The position numbers and the translations under genes are program-made. Of a stretch of DNA of 64,000 nt, positions 1 to 10,935 are shown piece by piece. This DNA comes from Octopus bimaculoides (Eukaryota): positions 124,701,772 to 124,765,771 of the forward strand of contig NC_068981.1 of assembly GCF_001194135.2 (NCBI RefSeq), written 5' to 3'. The stretch's first letter is position 1; each line of letters begins with the position of its first letter. A model generated the notes under the pieces. That model was not told the origin of the DNA and searched no databases. It saw only the letters and a list, made by a program, of their open reading frames with translations.

Positions 1-735
1 ATGTAATTTCATTAATTTCAATCTTGCAAACGTGTATGTTTTATTAACCAATTAAGCTGTGATTTGGGCTGTGTAATCTGTTTGTCTCATGCAGTACACA
101 CACGCATGCACACATACACACATTATGTGAATGAAAATGCCTATGAATGGATTTGCTCACTTGCATGCAGTGCTTGCTTCTCATTACTTCATTTCAATCT
201 ATGTAACAGTTTCTTTTCTGCCTGGAATCAATGGTAATAAGTTAGCTCTTTCCTCAAAATTGCAGGCCATATGTCTAAATTATTATTATTATTATTATTA
301 GGAGCAGCAACAGCAGTAGTAGTAGTAGTAGTAGTAGTTTTCTAAGCATCAAACACAAACACACATTGTCCCAACTGCAGAACTTATTTAACTAGGTAGC
401 TACAATATTTAACTTCCAGCTTTGGCCATTATCATCATCATCATCATTGACATCATATTAACAGACCAATTAAATATGGCTTACATAATAAGTCATTGTA
501 CTATAATTATCATTTCTTTATTATAATCATCATCAAAATTGTTATTAATCATCATTTTTTCATAATCATCATCATCATTATTTTTCCATATTATTGCTGT
601 TTTTGATAATGTTACAGTTATTTGCTTTAAACTTGAAGTTTTATTATTTTTTAAATTATTAAATTTATTCCAGTCTCATATCTGTATTAAAGTTGTGTGT
701 GTGTGTATATATATGAGTGCTTGTGCATGTCTCAA

Positions 736-782
<47 letters not shown>

Positions 783-1009
783 CATGTGTGTATGAGTGTT
801 TGTGTACGTGTCTCAAGTGTGTGTGTGTGTGTGTGTTTGTACACATATCTGTTGTGCTTTAAAAATCTAAATTTATTCAATACAATAACACCAACCTCCC
901 TATCCCCGCCCCAAACCCAATCTCTTTGTTTCTTTCTCCCTTATATAGTTAGAGAATAATTTTTAAGTTAAAACAGATTATCACAGAATTCCTAAATCAG
1001 AAGCCAGGG
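1..1009 (-). other. Probable 3' UTR or downstream region of the kinase gene, rich in microsatellites
   Basis: Follows the TAA at 1010-1012. Minus-strand AATAAA candidates at about 872-877, 664-669 and 40-45. The true end is unknown. Confidence 0.5.
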
Positions 1010-1108
1010 TTAGAGGGAGCTGTTGCCCGCTAAGTCGTTTATTGTCAATTGCGCAAATCCTACCAGGGATTTATCATCAGGTGCTTCAGTGGGTCCGAAT
1101 CCGGAATT
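1010..1108 (-). CDS. OXSR1: OSR1/SPAK-like kinase, last coding exon (end of CCT domain): NSGFGPTEAPDDKSLVGFAQLTINDLAGNSSL*
   Basis: Acceptor ttgtctttgtag, 99 nt = 33 codons ending TAA, phase 0. Matches the OSR1/SPAK C-terminus (human OSR1 ...IPDDGKLIGFAQLSIS). The symbol denotes the OXSR1/STK39/fray family; orthology to one vertebrate paralogue is not resolved. Confidence 0.95.
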   Translation of the reverse strand, partial: NSGFGPTEAPDDKSLVGFAQLTINDLAGNSSL

Positions 1109-1264
1109 CTACAAAGACAAAGAAGGAAAGAAAAAAAACATATAGAAGTACAAACAATTAGTAACAGATAGACAGCTGAAGCACTTGCATACAAGAATTT
1201 CTCATAATATAGATATACAAACGTAGACTATTAAATACATACAGAAACATACACACACTCATAC

Positions 1265-1460
1265 ATCATCATCATCATCATCATCGTTTAACATCCGCTT
1301 TCCATGCTAGCATGGGTTGGACGATTTGACTGAGGACTGGTGAAACCAGATGGCTACACCAGGCTCGAATCTGATTTGGCAGAGTTTCTACAGCTGGATG
1401 CCCTTCCTAATGCCAACCACTCAGAGAGTGTAGTGGGTGCTTTTACGTGTCACCGGCACA
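1265..1460 (+). mobile_element. Family B short repeat (catcatcatcgtttaac...ttccatgctagcatgggttggac...tttctacagctggatgcccttcctaatgccaacc)
   Basis: Further copies at about 7890-8290, 10160-10395, 11695-11860, 15885-16130, 37555-37640 and 39130-39330 (minus). Confidence 0.8.
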
Positions 1461-1762
1461 TATATATATATATATATATGCACATGTAAGTGTGTGTGCA
1501 TGAACATACATGTATATATGTGATATATACACATATGTCTGCATGTGTATATGTAAATATATGTGTGAAACTGAGAGAGAGAGAGAGAGAGAAATTGTGA
1601 TAAACATAAGGTTATATTATCTGTTTTCCACATATATTTCATGATTTTGGCTATCTGCAACCTCTGCAAGCTTAACAACAACCAACAGTCAATGTCCATG
1701 TTCCATGCTAGCATGGGTGGGGGACACACACACACGCACACACATATATAGATGTGTATGTG

Positions 1763-1885
<123 letters not shown>

Positions 1886-1921
1886 CAGGTCTGTACATGA
1901 AAATTTCAGAATGCATCTTAC

Positions 1922-1986
1922 CAAAGCAAAAGTAATGTTTTTATTTTCAGTCGGGTTATCCAACACTTTCTGCAAATTAGCAGCAA
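1922..1986 (-). CDS. OXSR1: OSR1/SPAK-like kinase CCT exon: (V)[21 protein letters not shown]
   Basis: Acceptor ctctatttccag, donor gtaaga, 65 nt, phase 1 to 0. Matches VAANLQKIV...TFKL of OSR1/SPAK. Confidence 0.96.
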
Positions 1987-2329
1987 CTGGAAATAGAGGA
2001 GCAAATTAATATTATTATTTATTTGTATCGTATTGTCCTGAATTCTATTACGCTGTAGAAATTATGATTGTTCAACTAGAGTCCAAGAACGAAAGAGAGA
2101 AAAGAATTCTCACATTTTAAAACAAATAAATCTTAGATTATGTAAAGTTTAAAAGTTTGGATAAGTTTGAAAGCATGGGAAAAGTGGAATCTGTCATTTC
2201 AAGACTGACTCAAGACTAACTCAGCATCTTTGAAAAAAAAAAAAATAGAAAAATGATTTATGAAGGGTTAGTCCCTACACTAAAAAACATCAGTTTCATC
2301 TTTTCCCCATCACCAGTTAACTTATCCTG

Positions 2330-2850
2330 GATAGGACTTTAAACTGCATCAGGGAGTGGGATCCTTGCTAAAGATATCCAGGGTCTGATGGGTGCAGTAC
2401 CATCTCTTAGCCACGATTGTCCCCAGGTTTATTCTGACTCAAAATAGTAGCACCTGTCAAGGTCCAAGCTATAGGTTTAAATAGCATCTAACCACCCAAG
2501 CCAAGGTGCATCAAAATTACAAAATGCAGCAAAGTGGATGTGGACTATTTCAGCAAATGAACTTCTTGAGTCAAAGGCAAACATTACCAGATGTTGAAAA
2601 GATAAACAGATAACAAACTGTCAACAACCAGGATCAACCAGTTCAGTTAGCAAACTATTACTATCACCTGCAGTCATTGCTTGCACAGGTAAGATACTTT
2701 AGCTAATGAAAGACCTATGTGACTAAAACATAAGCCAAACATCCAAGCAACATCATTCAACCAGGACATCTAGTATAGAAGAGTTGCATTGGTCTGGTCA
2801 AGTCATAAGTGATGATGATGCTGAACTCATCAAAACTCATGAACTTCACT
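2330..2850 (+). mobile_element. Highly decayed LINE reverse-transcriptase C-terminal remnant
   Basis: LHWSGQVISDDDAELIK resembles the LRWFGHVLRMDD motif. Confidence 0.4.
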
Positions 2851-2867
2851 GAATAATGTTTGCTAGT

Positions 2868-3245
2868 GGAGGCGTAATGGCCCAGTGGTTAGGGCAGCGG
2901 ACTCGCGGTCATAGCATCACGGTTTTGATTCCCAGACCGGGCGTTGTGAGTGTTTATTGAGCGAAAACACCTAAAGCTCCACGAGGTTCCGGCAGGGGAT
3001 GGTGGTGAACCCTGCTGTACTCTTCCACAACTTTCTCTCACTCTTACTTCCTGTTTCTGTTGTGCCTGTAATTCAAAGGGTCAGCCTTGTCACACTGTGT
3101 CAAGCTGAATATCCCCGAGAACTACGTTAAGGGTACACGTGTCTGTGGAGTGCTCAGCCACTTGCACATTAATTTCACGAGCAGGCTGTTCCGTTGATCG
3201 GATCAACTGGAACCCTCGACATCGTAAGTGACAGAATGCCAACAA
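2868..3245 (+). mobile_element. tRNA-derived SINE, family A (full length)
   Basis: Head with A/B-box-like tggcccagtggttagg / ggttttgattcccag. Body with gagaactacgttaagggtacac...cacttgcac.ttaatttcacgagcagg. The same element recurs at 36015-36401. Confidence 0.85.
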
Positions 3246-3426
3246 ATGTTTGCTAGCACACACCAGTACCATTTCCTTTGGACTCTGTCTATATATGTCA
3301 CATCTTTAAAAAGACTTTTTGTGTTGAGCTGCTACCTAAAATTAATGTAAAGAAGGCAAACCTTTCTGTTCAAATTATTTGTAGAGTACTAAGACAACAT
3401 GGGTAGTGAATAAATTACACACACAC

Positions 3427-5587
3427 GCTAATAGCTTAGGAGTGAAATTTAGGATTTCTTGGGTTTCCTCCTGAATTGATTTTGATAAAACCTTTCCCAC
3501 TGGTTTGTACCCTATGACAACAGCATTGTTATGTTTTCATTATTCTGTGCAATGTCCTTTCTTTTTTATTTCAGATTCTTCAGTTTTAGGGTGAACCATG
3601 CTAATAGCTCTTGAATGAAAATAGCCCATTGAGACATTTTTTGTCCGAAAATGAAGGCTAATGATACATATTAAGCATACATTGAGTATAGATTTAACAG
3701 AAAACTATAATGATATTATAACATTTATTGACATAATGAATTATTTAACCACATGAGCACCATTTCAATGGATAACTTCAAAAACCCCTATTAGTCATGG
3801 AATCTGTCAATTTCTTAATAGTAGCAGATTGGACTGCCTCTGCCGCAGCTTTGATGGTAAATTGGTGTCCATCAGCATAAACATCTTGTTTAATGATGGA
3901 CCGAAGATTTTCGATAGGGTTGAGATCCAGAGATGCTAGCAACCACATTATCAACCTTTCACCTTGTATACTCTAAGATCTTAGGAATGTTTGGGTGATC
4001 CTAGCAGAGTGGGAGGGAGTATTGTCAAGTATGAATACAAATTCCTTAGAAGTGACAGCAGTGCCATCTAGCCAGGGATCCTAGAACTCCTTCAGGAGAT
4101 TGCAGTAGGCAGCTGCAATTACTTTAACTCCTTCAGGCACCCTCACTAGGCCAACAAGTCTGTCCCCAATGATACTAGTCCACAACACGACTCCTTCACC
4201 CTGGTGTTGACGTCGTAAACGTTGGTGAAACTCAACTCTAAAATAGACTCAACCATTTTCCAAACCGTCAGGTTCATCAAGGGTTGCCCTGGCTTCCTCA
4301 GTGAACAGAACACAACTCATGTCTAACGTCATACTTTTGGGCCCATGGAAGCCTCAAACTCAAGTGAAGAGGCAGTTTCAGGGATTCTCACAAGGAAGTC
4401 ATGGTCCCAAGGATACAATTTCTGGTTTTTGGTACATGAGGAATTCTGGAGGCGGTGAAAATAGCTTTGCTCGTTTGTCCAGGTTTCCTATGTAACTTGT
4501 GGCCAATATTCTTTAAATCCTTAGCTGTCACAGCTAAATCATTCATTATGTCAATAAATGTTATATTATTATTGTGGTCTTCTGTTAAATATAAACTCAA
4601 CGTATGCTTAATATGTATCATTACCCTTCATTTTCTGAAAAAAAAAAAAAAAAAATGTCTAGCTAGGCTATTTTTATTCAAAAGCTATCAGCATGGTTCA
4701 CCCAAAAACTGAAGAATCTGAAATAAAAAAGGATATTACGCAGAACAACAAAAACTAACTGGACCTGTGAAAAATTCATGGAAAACATAAAAGACGTAAG
4801 CATCTGTAAACAGTGTACTGGTGTCATGAGAAATGTTTGCATATCATGACCGTCTGTCTTTATGTTCTGAGTTCAAATTCTGCCGAGATCAACTTTGTCC
4901 TTTCAGGGTTGATAAATTAAGTATCAGCTGTATACTGGGGTCGATCTAATCAACTGGCTCCCTCCCCACAAAAAATTCAGGCCTAGAAAAGTATATTGTG
5001 ACAGTTACAGAATATAGAAAATAATGTAACACCAATGACTATATAATCCAACCAAAATATCTCAGTTACACAAACGTAGACGGAATTACTATTTAACCTT
5101 AAAATACATCGTACATATTCAAATAAGCTTAATGTACAAATTGAAATGTAAAAGAACGAAATAATAAATGGATTTATGAATGAAAGTTTGGTAATTGCGT
5201 TTATTTCCACCACACGACACTTATTATTGCAAACATGTTTTAACTGACCTAAACTATACACACACACACAAATACATTCATATATCGAGTTGTAGCTGTA
5301 ATTCAAAGGGGCCAGCCTTGTCATATTCTGTGTGAGGCTGAATCTCCCTGAGAGCTATGTTAATGTTATGCATGCTTGTGGACTACTCAGCCATTTGTGA
5401 GTTAATTTTATCGTGAGGTAATAAAAAGTGAAATTGACATCCAATATTTGCTGTGTGTAGGTATCTATGTATGAACTTTTCTTTGGATTTATGTATCTAC
5501 TGTCTCTCTCACTTTCTCTTTCACTTCCTCTGTGTCCTTCTTCTCAGAAAACCAAGAAATCCTAAATTTCACTCCTAAGCTATTAGC
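3427..5587 (-). mobile_element. Decayed Tc1-like DNA transposon (TRT/DD37E-like) with long IR-DR-type inverted repeats
   Basis: Minus-strand fragments at about 3750-4500: VLFTEEARATLDEPDG, RRQHQGEGVVLWTSIIGDRLVG..VPEGVK, FILDNTPSHSA, DLNPIENL. Inverted repeats at 3427-3468/5545-5587 and 3560-3645/4648-4733. Confidence 0.8.
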
Positions 5588-5972
5588 TTCCATCTTTCTC
5601 GTTATTCAAATACCCAATAAACACTGTGAAAGTGAACATGGTTTGCTGGTAAACTATCAGGTGTATACAATATGATTTATTCATTGTGTTCATTACTTTT
5701 TGCATCTGTTATTTATCATTGATCATTTATAAAAATGAAACTGTATCCTTTAATTTGCTGCTTTTCTCTACACAAACTGAGAAGATATCTTGTGGAACGG
5801 TTATTATTTTAATGGGATATATCTTGTAATCACCTGAGGAGACACATCTACACTGTCAGACACTGCTAATTCAGTTGTTAAATATCCCACCTGTGAGGGA
5901 TTGATGCTAGATGGGTCAAAGCATTGCAGTGATTAATAAACATTCTCATGTCTTCCATATCTCTCATTATTC

Positions 5973-5989
<17 letters not shown>

Positions 5990-6004
<15 letters not shown>

Positions 6005-6823
6005 CAAAATGGGACAAGAACGCAATACATCCAGACAGTTAGGTGATACAAAAAAGGAGACAACAAAACATCCAGATAGATGAAACAAAGAAAACAAGGA
6101 TGGGTCATTTGGAGTTTTCTTTCCTCAGTCAAGTTCCAGATTATCTTTGCAATTTTGGCTGGTTATACTCGAGATTGCTCCATCTGGCCAGCTCCAAGGA
6201 AAAACTAAGCAAAGAGCATTAGATTCCTTGGAAGAAAGCAGCAAATGTATACGAAAACAAGGACAGAAAAAAAAACGGAGAATGTTACACAAATACAAAT
6301 AACAGGACATAACAACAGGTGTCTTTTGACTAAGGACAAATTAAATAAAGCTGGCATGTGTGGAAATAAAGCTTTACGGCAGGGATATAAGATTTCACAG
6401 GCACAGGGAGGGATATAGATGTTGCACAGACGACGGCCGAACCAAGAAAGAAAGATCAGGCTTCGCCGAACACCAGTCATATGGGGAGAGAAGAGAAAGA
6501 GGTAGAGGCAGAAGGACAGAAGAATTAAGGAGAGGCGAGAAAAAATGACAGGGACACAGTGAAGTGAAAAGAGGAGGGAAAGCGAGCAAGAAGAGAAGGC
6601 AAGGAAATATGAGAGAGTGGGAACGAAAGGTATATATATATATATATAAATTGTAAATGCAAAAAATAAAAACAAAAACACAAAGGATTCTGCGGTACAC
6701 GTGTTTCAAGCTTTATATCAGTGTATAATTGACAATACAAAGCTATCTTCAGCCGCAAAAGTATTTCTCTCCCAAGAAATTATATCACATCGGCGTTAAA
6801 GGAGGAAGAAGTGTTAAGAAGTG

Positions 6824-6825
<2 letters not shown>
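5990..6825 (-). mobile_element. Non-coding Penelope-like-derived element carrying a hammerhead
   Basis: A discrete block of higher GC between two (TA)n tracts, containing the 6688-6760 hammerhead and no convincing ORF. Confidence 0.55.
6688..6760 (-). ncRNA. Type-I hammerhead ribozyme fold (PLE-type, palindromic stem III)
   Basis: Minus strand reads ttttgcgg CTGAAGA t AGCTTTGTATT-14 nt-GATATAAAGCT t GAAA CACGTG TA ccgcagaa. This gives an 8-bp stem I, an intact core, an 11-bp stem II and a GUA cleavage triplet. Confidence 0.85.
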
Positions 6826-6866
<41 letters not shown>

Positions 6867-8029
6867 CATACAGTAGCCATTTATATATCATAATTAACGT
6901 ATATACAGTCTTGATAGGTCAGTTAGTGTAGTATTTGTCCTGAGATAACATCACTTATGGACACGCTGTATTGAAAACAATAAATGTTGTTATACATCAA
7001 GTATCACACATAGGTGGCTATATTAATTTAATGCTTTCTCAGTTCCATATACTGGATTTATATACAGAGTGGTAGACCACACATTTATTAAACATGTATT
7101 TCAACTTGCAGTAAAACTAAGACTCCATAGTTTAAATGACAAGGTTTGGACAACATGATGTGGTGGTTGGAGAGTAGGTAGCATTACTCTAGGTACCTTC
7201 ACTCCCACTAAACAGTTAATAAGCTAACATAAAGATCACCCAGATGTAATTAAATGTACTTGTTCCTACAAGACTTAGACAAATATTTTTATACAAATAT
7301 TTAAATTAGTAACAATGAAAAGAAAAAAAGAAAATCTACCCTTGGTGGCTTAAAGCAAAATAATATGTGAAAAAGTGCATTAAATATATTTTCCTTTCTT
7401 TCTTCTGATTTGTTTACACATATGTCCCACTTAATGCAATTATTGATGTTAGAAATCAATAACAGAATTAGCATAATTAATGAATTCAATTTGCATTTAA
7501 ACATAAACTATCAACAATGAATGCTATAAATAAACAAGAATAAGATTATAGTGGTTTAGAAACGAAAATGCTGAATGTTGTAAAGTGAGTCTAATCTGTG
7601 AAATGCCAACTCAATTTTTTTTTTTTTTTTTTTTTAAATTTAATAAAAGAAAAAAACCCTGAAAACATTGAATGTTCCTGTTTGAATAAATTACATTTAA
7701 CCCAGGTGGACTATTTCAGTTTTATTTTTGTAATTTTCACATGTCTTATATATTCTAATGGAATTCCAGACAGACTCCATTTGGTTCTTATGCACTTTCA
7801 GAAGAGTCAGACCTTGGCCCTTGTAAAACTCATAAACGCTGCCCATCTTCCTTCATAATAAACTATAAAAAAAATTAAAACATCATCATTTAATGACCAT
7901 TGTCCATCCTGGCATGGGTTGGACAGTTTGACCAGAGTTGGCAAGCTACACCAGACTCCAGTCTGATTTGGTATGGTTTCTACAGCTGGATGCCCTTCCT
8001 AATACCAACCACTTTACAGAGTTAGCTGG

Positions 8030-8190
8030 GTGCTTTTATGTGGGACCACACAGGCACTTTTATGTGACACCGCACAGGCACTTTTACACGGTACTGCATG
8101 GGCACTTTTACAAGGCACCGCACAGGCACTTTTATGTGGCACTGCATGGGCACTTTTACATGATGTCACACGAGTGTTTTTTACATGGCA
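8030..8190 (+). repeat. 24-bp minisatellite (GGCACTTTTAYRHGGCACYGCAYR) inside a family B repeat
   Basis: ggcac starts at 8053, 8077, 8101, 8125 and 8149, an exact 24-bp period. Confidence 0.9.
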
Positions 8191-8559
8191 TCACCACAAG
8201 CAAGATTGATCTTAACACTTCTGCTGTGGGGTATGGGTCTTCTTGAGTGCAACCAGGTGCCAGGTGTCTCAGTCCTTTGTCATCTCTCCTGAACGGTTCA
8301 GTTTTCCAAAGTTATTCTTCAGTACATTATATGTATTTCATAATTGTGTGTATCCTGCTCTTTAGAACAGCCACACTTATATCATAGTATGTTGTAAGAC
8401 GCAATTAAAAGGGGGCTGGTTTCAAAAATGGAATCAAGACATAAAGTCCAATCTGTGTCAGCACAGAAAAGGAAACGTGAAAACAATGATGATAAAGTAT
8501 TTTCTAATTGTAATCAGAATTTAAGATTGTAAAATTTAGAAAACATAAAACAAGCAGCC

Positions 8560-8895
8560 AAAACATGGGATTTCTGGAGTAACGTTACTCAACAGAGTCT
8601 CTCCAGGTTGAACTATTACTTCTCCCCATTGAGAGGTCACAGTTCTGGTACTGCAGACATGATTAAAATGTCACAGAAAAGCATTGCAAGGGAGATTATT
8701 CAAGTCAAGTAAACAGGCAGGAGACCCAAGAGTAAATCAAGAATGAAATGGTTAGATATTATCCATAGTCTCAGTTGATCACACTTGGGGATCCAGTTGG
8801 AAAACCTAATGTTGGTTGCTTCTGACAAGAGCCTATACAGGAGATGCCCAAGAATTCTACCCTCGCAACCCTCTCAGGAATAACTGAATGGAGGG
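8560..8895 (+). mobile_element. RTE-like LINE 3'-end remnant
   Basis: Translates to ...GRRPKSKSRMKWLDII...LGI...RILPSQP, resembling the GRRPRGRP..RWLD C-terminus of RTE-type ORFs. Confidence 0.55.
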
Positions 8896-8929
8896 GATGG
8901 AAAAAAAAGAAATAAAAAAGTTTGCTTAC

Positions 8930-8998
8930 CAACAATTAAATCACGACCATCAACAAGACCAGCTTCAACTAGTTCTCTGGAGACACTATCTGATGTAT
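8930..8998 (-). CDS. OXSR1: OSR1/SPAK-like kinase CCT exon: (D)TSDSVSRELVEAGLVDGRDLIV
   Basis: Acceptor ttattcttttag, donor gtaagc, 69 nt, phase 1 to 1. Matches DTAEGVSQELISAGLVDGRDLVI. Confidence 0.97.
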
Positions 8999-9186
8999 CT
9001 AAAAGAATAAAGTTTTGAATTTAGAAACCAGAAAAAAACACATACACATTCATACATGCATATCTATTGTAAATATGCCCAATTATGTATATTTATTCAA
9101 AACAATTAATTGAATCTGATAGTAGTCAATCACATAACCAAAATTCAGTCTTAGACTTCATCTGTGTCACATTCATAATCATTTAA

Positions 9187-10155
9187 CCCTTTCGTTACTA
9201 ACCCGGTTTTGGTTCATAAGACTAACCCAGCCGTAGCTGGCCGAGCGTACCCATTGTTATTTAAATGTATATTTGAACCCAAATTTCGTTAGTACATTCG
9301 TTCAAACACCTGATTTCACTTTGCAAACAGTTGAGTTATTGTCTCTGAGTTCAAATATCACGCCAAATAATGTCAGTGAATTTTGGAAGATTTTTTTCCA
9401 CATTTTTTGCGGCGTTAATTTTTTTCAACTTTGAAGATGGAGAGGAGTTTCTTGCTATCAAGCAGTGATTCTGAATTTGAAGGTTTTTCAACAGAAGATA
9501 TCGAGATATCGAAGAAAAGAATGAATGAGCTACAAAGGCACGTGGTGAACGATAATGAATCGGATATTTCTGTATCCGAAACTGAAAGCAGCGACGGCGA
9601 CAGCNNNNNNNNNNNNNNNNNNNNNNNNNNNNNNNNNNNNNNNNNNNNNNNNNNNNNNNNNNNNNNNNNNNNNNNNNNNNNNNNNNNNNNNNNNNNNNNN
9701 NNNNNNNNNNNNNNNNNNNNNNNNNNNNNNNNNNNNNNNNNNNNNNNNNNNNNNNNNNNNNNNNNNNNNNNNNNNNNNNNNNNNNNNNNNNNNNNNNNNN
9801 NNNNNNNNNNNNNNNNNNNNNNNNNNNNNNNNNNNNNNNNNNNNNNNNNNNNNNNNNNNNNNNNNNNNNNNNNNNNNNNNNNNNNNNNNNNNNNNGAAGC
9901 TGAACCAATATTTACATGTGAGAGACACTAGCAGTACCCCCCCACCCAGTACGTGGAGAACTTAGAGACAAAAATTATGCAATAGAATTGATTAAGAACC
10001 CTTTCTTTAATTATGTTCCAAATATCACATTAATATGTTGATAAATAAAAAAGTTACAGGTGTTTAATGAGACTAGTCTAAATTCATGATTATTTTAGAA
10101 TTTAATTGAAACTCATGAGGGGTGTATTTTGGCCAGAAATATAGTAACGAAAGGG
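9187..10155 (+). mobile_element. piggyBac-type element, gapped and probably non-autonomous
   Basis: TTAA at 9183-9186 and 10156-10159. Perfect 14-bp TIR CCCTTTCGTTACTA. Acidic N-terminal ORF MERSFLLSSSDSEFEGFS...ESDISVSETESSDGDS runs into an N-gap at 9605-9895. Confidence 0.85.
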
Positions 10156-10759
10156 TTAACATCTGTTCTCCATACTGACATGGGTTGGATTTTTTGACCG
10201 AAACTGGGGAGCTGCCCAGGCTTCATTTGTCTGTTTTAGCATGGTTTCTATGGATGGATGCCCTTACTAACACCAACCATCTTACAGAGTGCATTGGGTG
10301 CTTTTATGTAGGACTAGCATGGGTGCTGTTATGTGGGACCAGCACAGGCGCTGTTACATAGCATCTGCATGGGTGCTTTTATGTACACAAGCACCCATAT
10401 TCCAAATCTGTTAATTTTTTGGAAGAATCACATCAACAGCCACTTTCAATGATTGCATGGATCAGACAGAATTTGTTGAGGAGGATTTTCTATTACTGGA
10501 TACCCTTTCTATTTCCAAGCAACGTAGTATTTCCTCATGGCCAGACATGATTTCACAGAATACTGGAAATGAAGGACAATGGTGATGACACTTATTTACA
10601 ACTATCATGTGAAGTCAAGGCAAGGAGACAACAACATACAAGCATATAAACACACACACACACACACATATATATATATGTACAGACTTTTTTCAGTTTC
10701 CTATTTCTTTACTGCCCACAAGGAGCTAAACATAGAGGAGACAAACAAGGACAGACAAA

Positions 10760-10935
10760 GGGATTAAGTTGATTACATCGACCCTAGTGCGTAACTGGTA
10801 CTTTATTTATCGACCCTGAAAGGATGAAAGGCAAAGTCGACCTTGGCGGAATTTGAACTCAGAACGTAACGGCAGACGAAATACCGCTAAGCATTTCGCC
10901 CGGTGTGCTAACGTTTCTGCCAGCTCGCCACCTTG
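10760..10935 (-). mobile_element. SINE family D (aactggtac...gaaaggatgaaaggcaaagtcgacc...gaatttgaactcagaa)
   Basis: Recurs at about 4795-4990, 21310-21900 (three copies), 22355-22550, 22565-22710, 27800-27970, 42290-42420, 51560-51720 and 51880-52100. Confidence 0.8.

Noticed and set aside
1326-1352. CTGAGGA-ctggt-GAAA-ccag in a family B repeat
   Set aside because: The pairing (ctggt/accag) spans the GAAA itself, which is incompatible with hammerhead topology.
2868-2945. tRNA-like A/B boxes at SINE heads (also 36330-36401 and 52990-53060)
   Set aside because: They continue directly into SINE bodies and lack a complete cloverleaf, so they were not called as tRNA genes.
6060-6135. Minus-strand CTGAGGA followed by a 9-bp hairpin (AAAGAAAAC/GTTTTCTTT)
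   Set aside because: No GAAA follows the hairpin (it reads GTTTC), so the hammerhead core is incomplete.
8030-8190. Regularly spaced 24-bp repeats superficially like a CRISPR array
   Set aside because: They are contiguous tandem units without unique spacers, in a eukaryotic SINE context with no cas genes.
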